64,000 nucleotides of DNA from Alcaligenaceae bacterium (GTDB taxonomy: Bacteria > Pseudomonadota > Gammaproteobacteria > Burkholderiales > Burkholderiaceae_B), in NCBI GenBank assembly GCA_029267315.1, contig JAJUJD010000001.1, positions 5,185 to 69,184 of the forward strand, in the 5' to 3' direction. The first letter of the stretch is position 1. Each line of letters begins with the position of its first letter. The translations under genes were made by a program, and so were the position numbers. Positions 63,162-64,000 of the stretch are shown here, piece after piece. Below the pieces are notes generated by a model, which worked only from the letters and a program-made list of their open reading frames with translations, was not told the DNA's origin and did no database searches.

Positions 63162-64000
63162 CTAGGCCCGGGAGATTTGGCGGTCCGGAGCGCGGTCCAG
63201 GTCAAGTTCTGGGCCGATCGGCACGATACCGTTAGGGTTGATGCTGTGATGGCTGCGGTAGTAGTGTTGCTTGATGTGGTCGAAGCTGATGGTTTTCGCC
63301 ACGCCCGGCCACTGGTAAAGCTCGCGAGTGTAGCTCCACAAATCGGGGTAATCGACCAAACGCCTGACGTTGCATTTGAAATGGCTGTAGTAAACGGCAT
63401 CGAAGCGAATCAGGGTAGTGAAGAGGCGCCAATCGGCCTCTGTAAGCTGGTCTCCAACCAAGAAACGTTGCCGCCCAAGGCGCTTTTCCAAACTGTCCAG
63501 GCAGGCGAACACACGACGAACTTCTTCTTCGTATACGACTTGTTCGGTGGCGAAGCCAGCCTTGTAAACACCGTTGTTCACGGCGTCATAGACCTCTGCA
63601 TTGATGGCGTCTATTTCCGACAGAAGTTGTGCTGGGGCGTAATCCCCCTCCTTGGCGCCAATGTCATCAAATGCAGAGTTCAACATACGGATGATCTCTG
63701 CTGATTCGTTGTTGACGATGGTGTTGCGTTGCAAGTCCCATAGAACGGGTACAGTCACCCGGCCGGTGTACTCGCGACTTGCGCGCAGATAGACCTCGAA
63801 CAGGTAGCGCGCATCATCGACCGGGTCCGCAATGACGCCAGGCGCAGGCTCGAAGGTCCAGCCATGCTGTCCCATGTACGGGTTGACCACCGAAACGCTG
63901 ATCATGTCTTCCAGACCCTTCAGTGCGCGGAAGATCAGTGTGCGATTGGCCCACGGGCAGGCGAGAGATACATACAGATGGTAGCGGCCGGCTTCTGCCT
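63162..64000 (-). CDS. yqjG: Glutathionyl-hydroquinone reductase (YqjG/Xi-class GST; 5' end outside the window)
   Basis: YHLYVSLACPWA in frame at the edge, TVPVLWD, NNESAEI, NNGVYKAGFA, RFDAVY and NPNGIVP. Confidence 0.93.
   Translation of the reverse strand, partial: AEAGRYHLYVSLACPWANRTLIFRALKGLEDMISVSVVNPYMGQHGWTFEPAPGVIADPVDDARYLFEVYLRASREYTGRVTVPVLWDLQRNTIVNNESAEIIRMLNSAFDDIGAKEGDYAPAQLLSEIDAINAEVYDAVNNGVYKAGFATEQVVYEEEVRRVFACLDSLEKRLGRQRFLVGDQLTEADWRLFTTLIRFDAVYYSHFKCNVRRLVDYPDLWSYTRELYQWPGVAKTISFDHIKQHYYRSHHSINPNGIVPIGPELDLDRAPDRQISRA

Overview
A GC-rich (roughly 60% by eye) betaproteobacterial chromosome segment. Gene content and order point to Alcaligenaceae (Bordetella/Pusillimonas-like); that is an inference. 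Most of it is core genome: carB (5' end cut off), greA, yhbY/rlmE-ftsH-folP-glmM, ppx/ppk1-pstSCAB, mtnN, bioB, cardiolipin synthase, yciO-site-2 protease-dapA-bamC, mutS-roxA and three tRNAs (Pro-TGG, Arg-TCT, His-GTG). Catabolic and accessory blocks include two LIV-type ABC transporters (one followed by acetyl-CoA synthetase), a Bug/TctC-IclR-CYP116B self-sufficient P450 module, a fused indolepyruvate:ferredoxin oxidoreductase with its LysR regulator, an isolated paaX, and a yqjG-csbD stress cluster at the right edge. I found no integrase, transposase, prophage, CRISPR array or defence system. The best leads are (1) a TACGCAnTGCGTA operator shared by the Bug and CYP116B promoters, suggesting an orphan P450 regulon, and (2) microprotein genes below the ORF-track cutoff: a 37-aa Gln/Lys-rich peptide, a 23-aa membrane peptide and a chain of small ORFs upstream of bioB. 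All calls come from reading motifs by eye; no searches were run.
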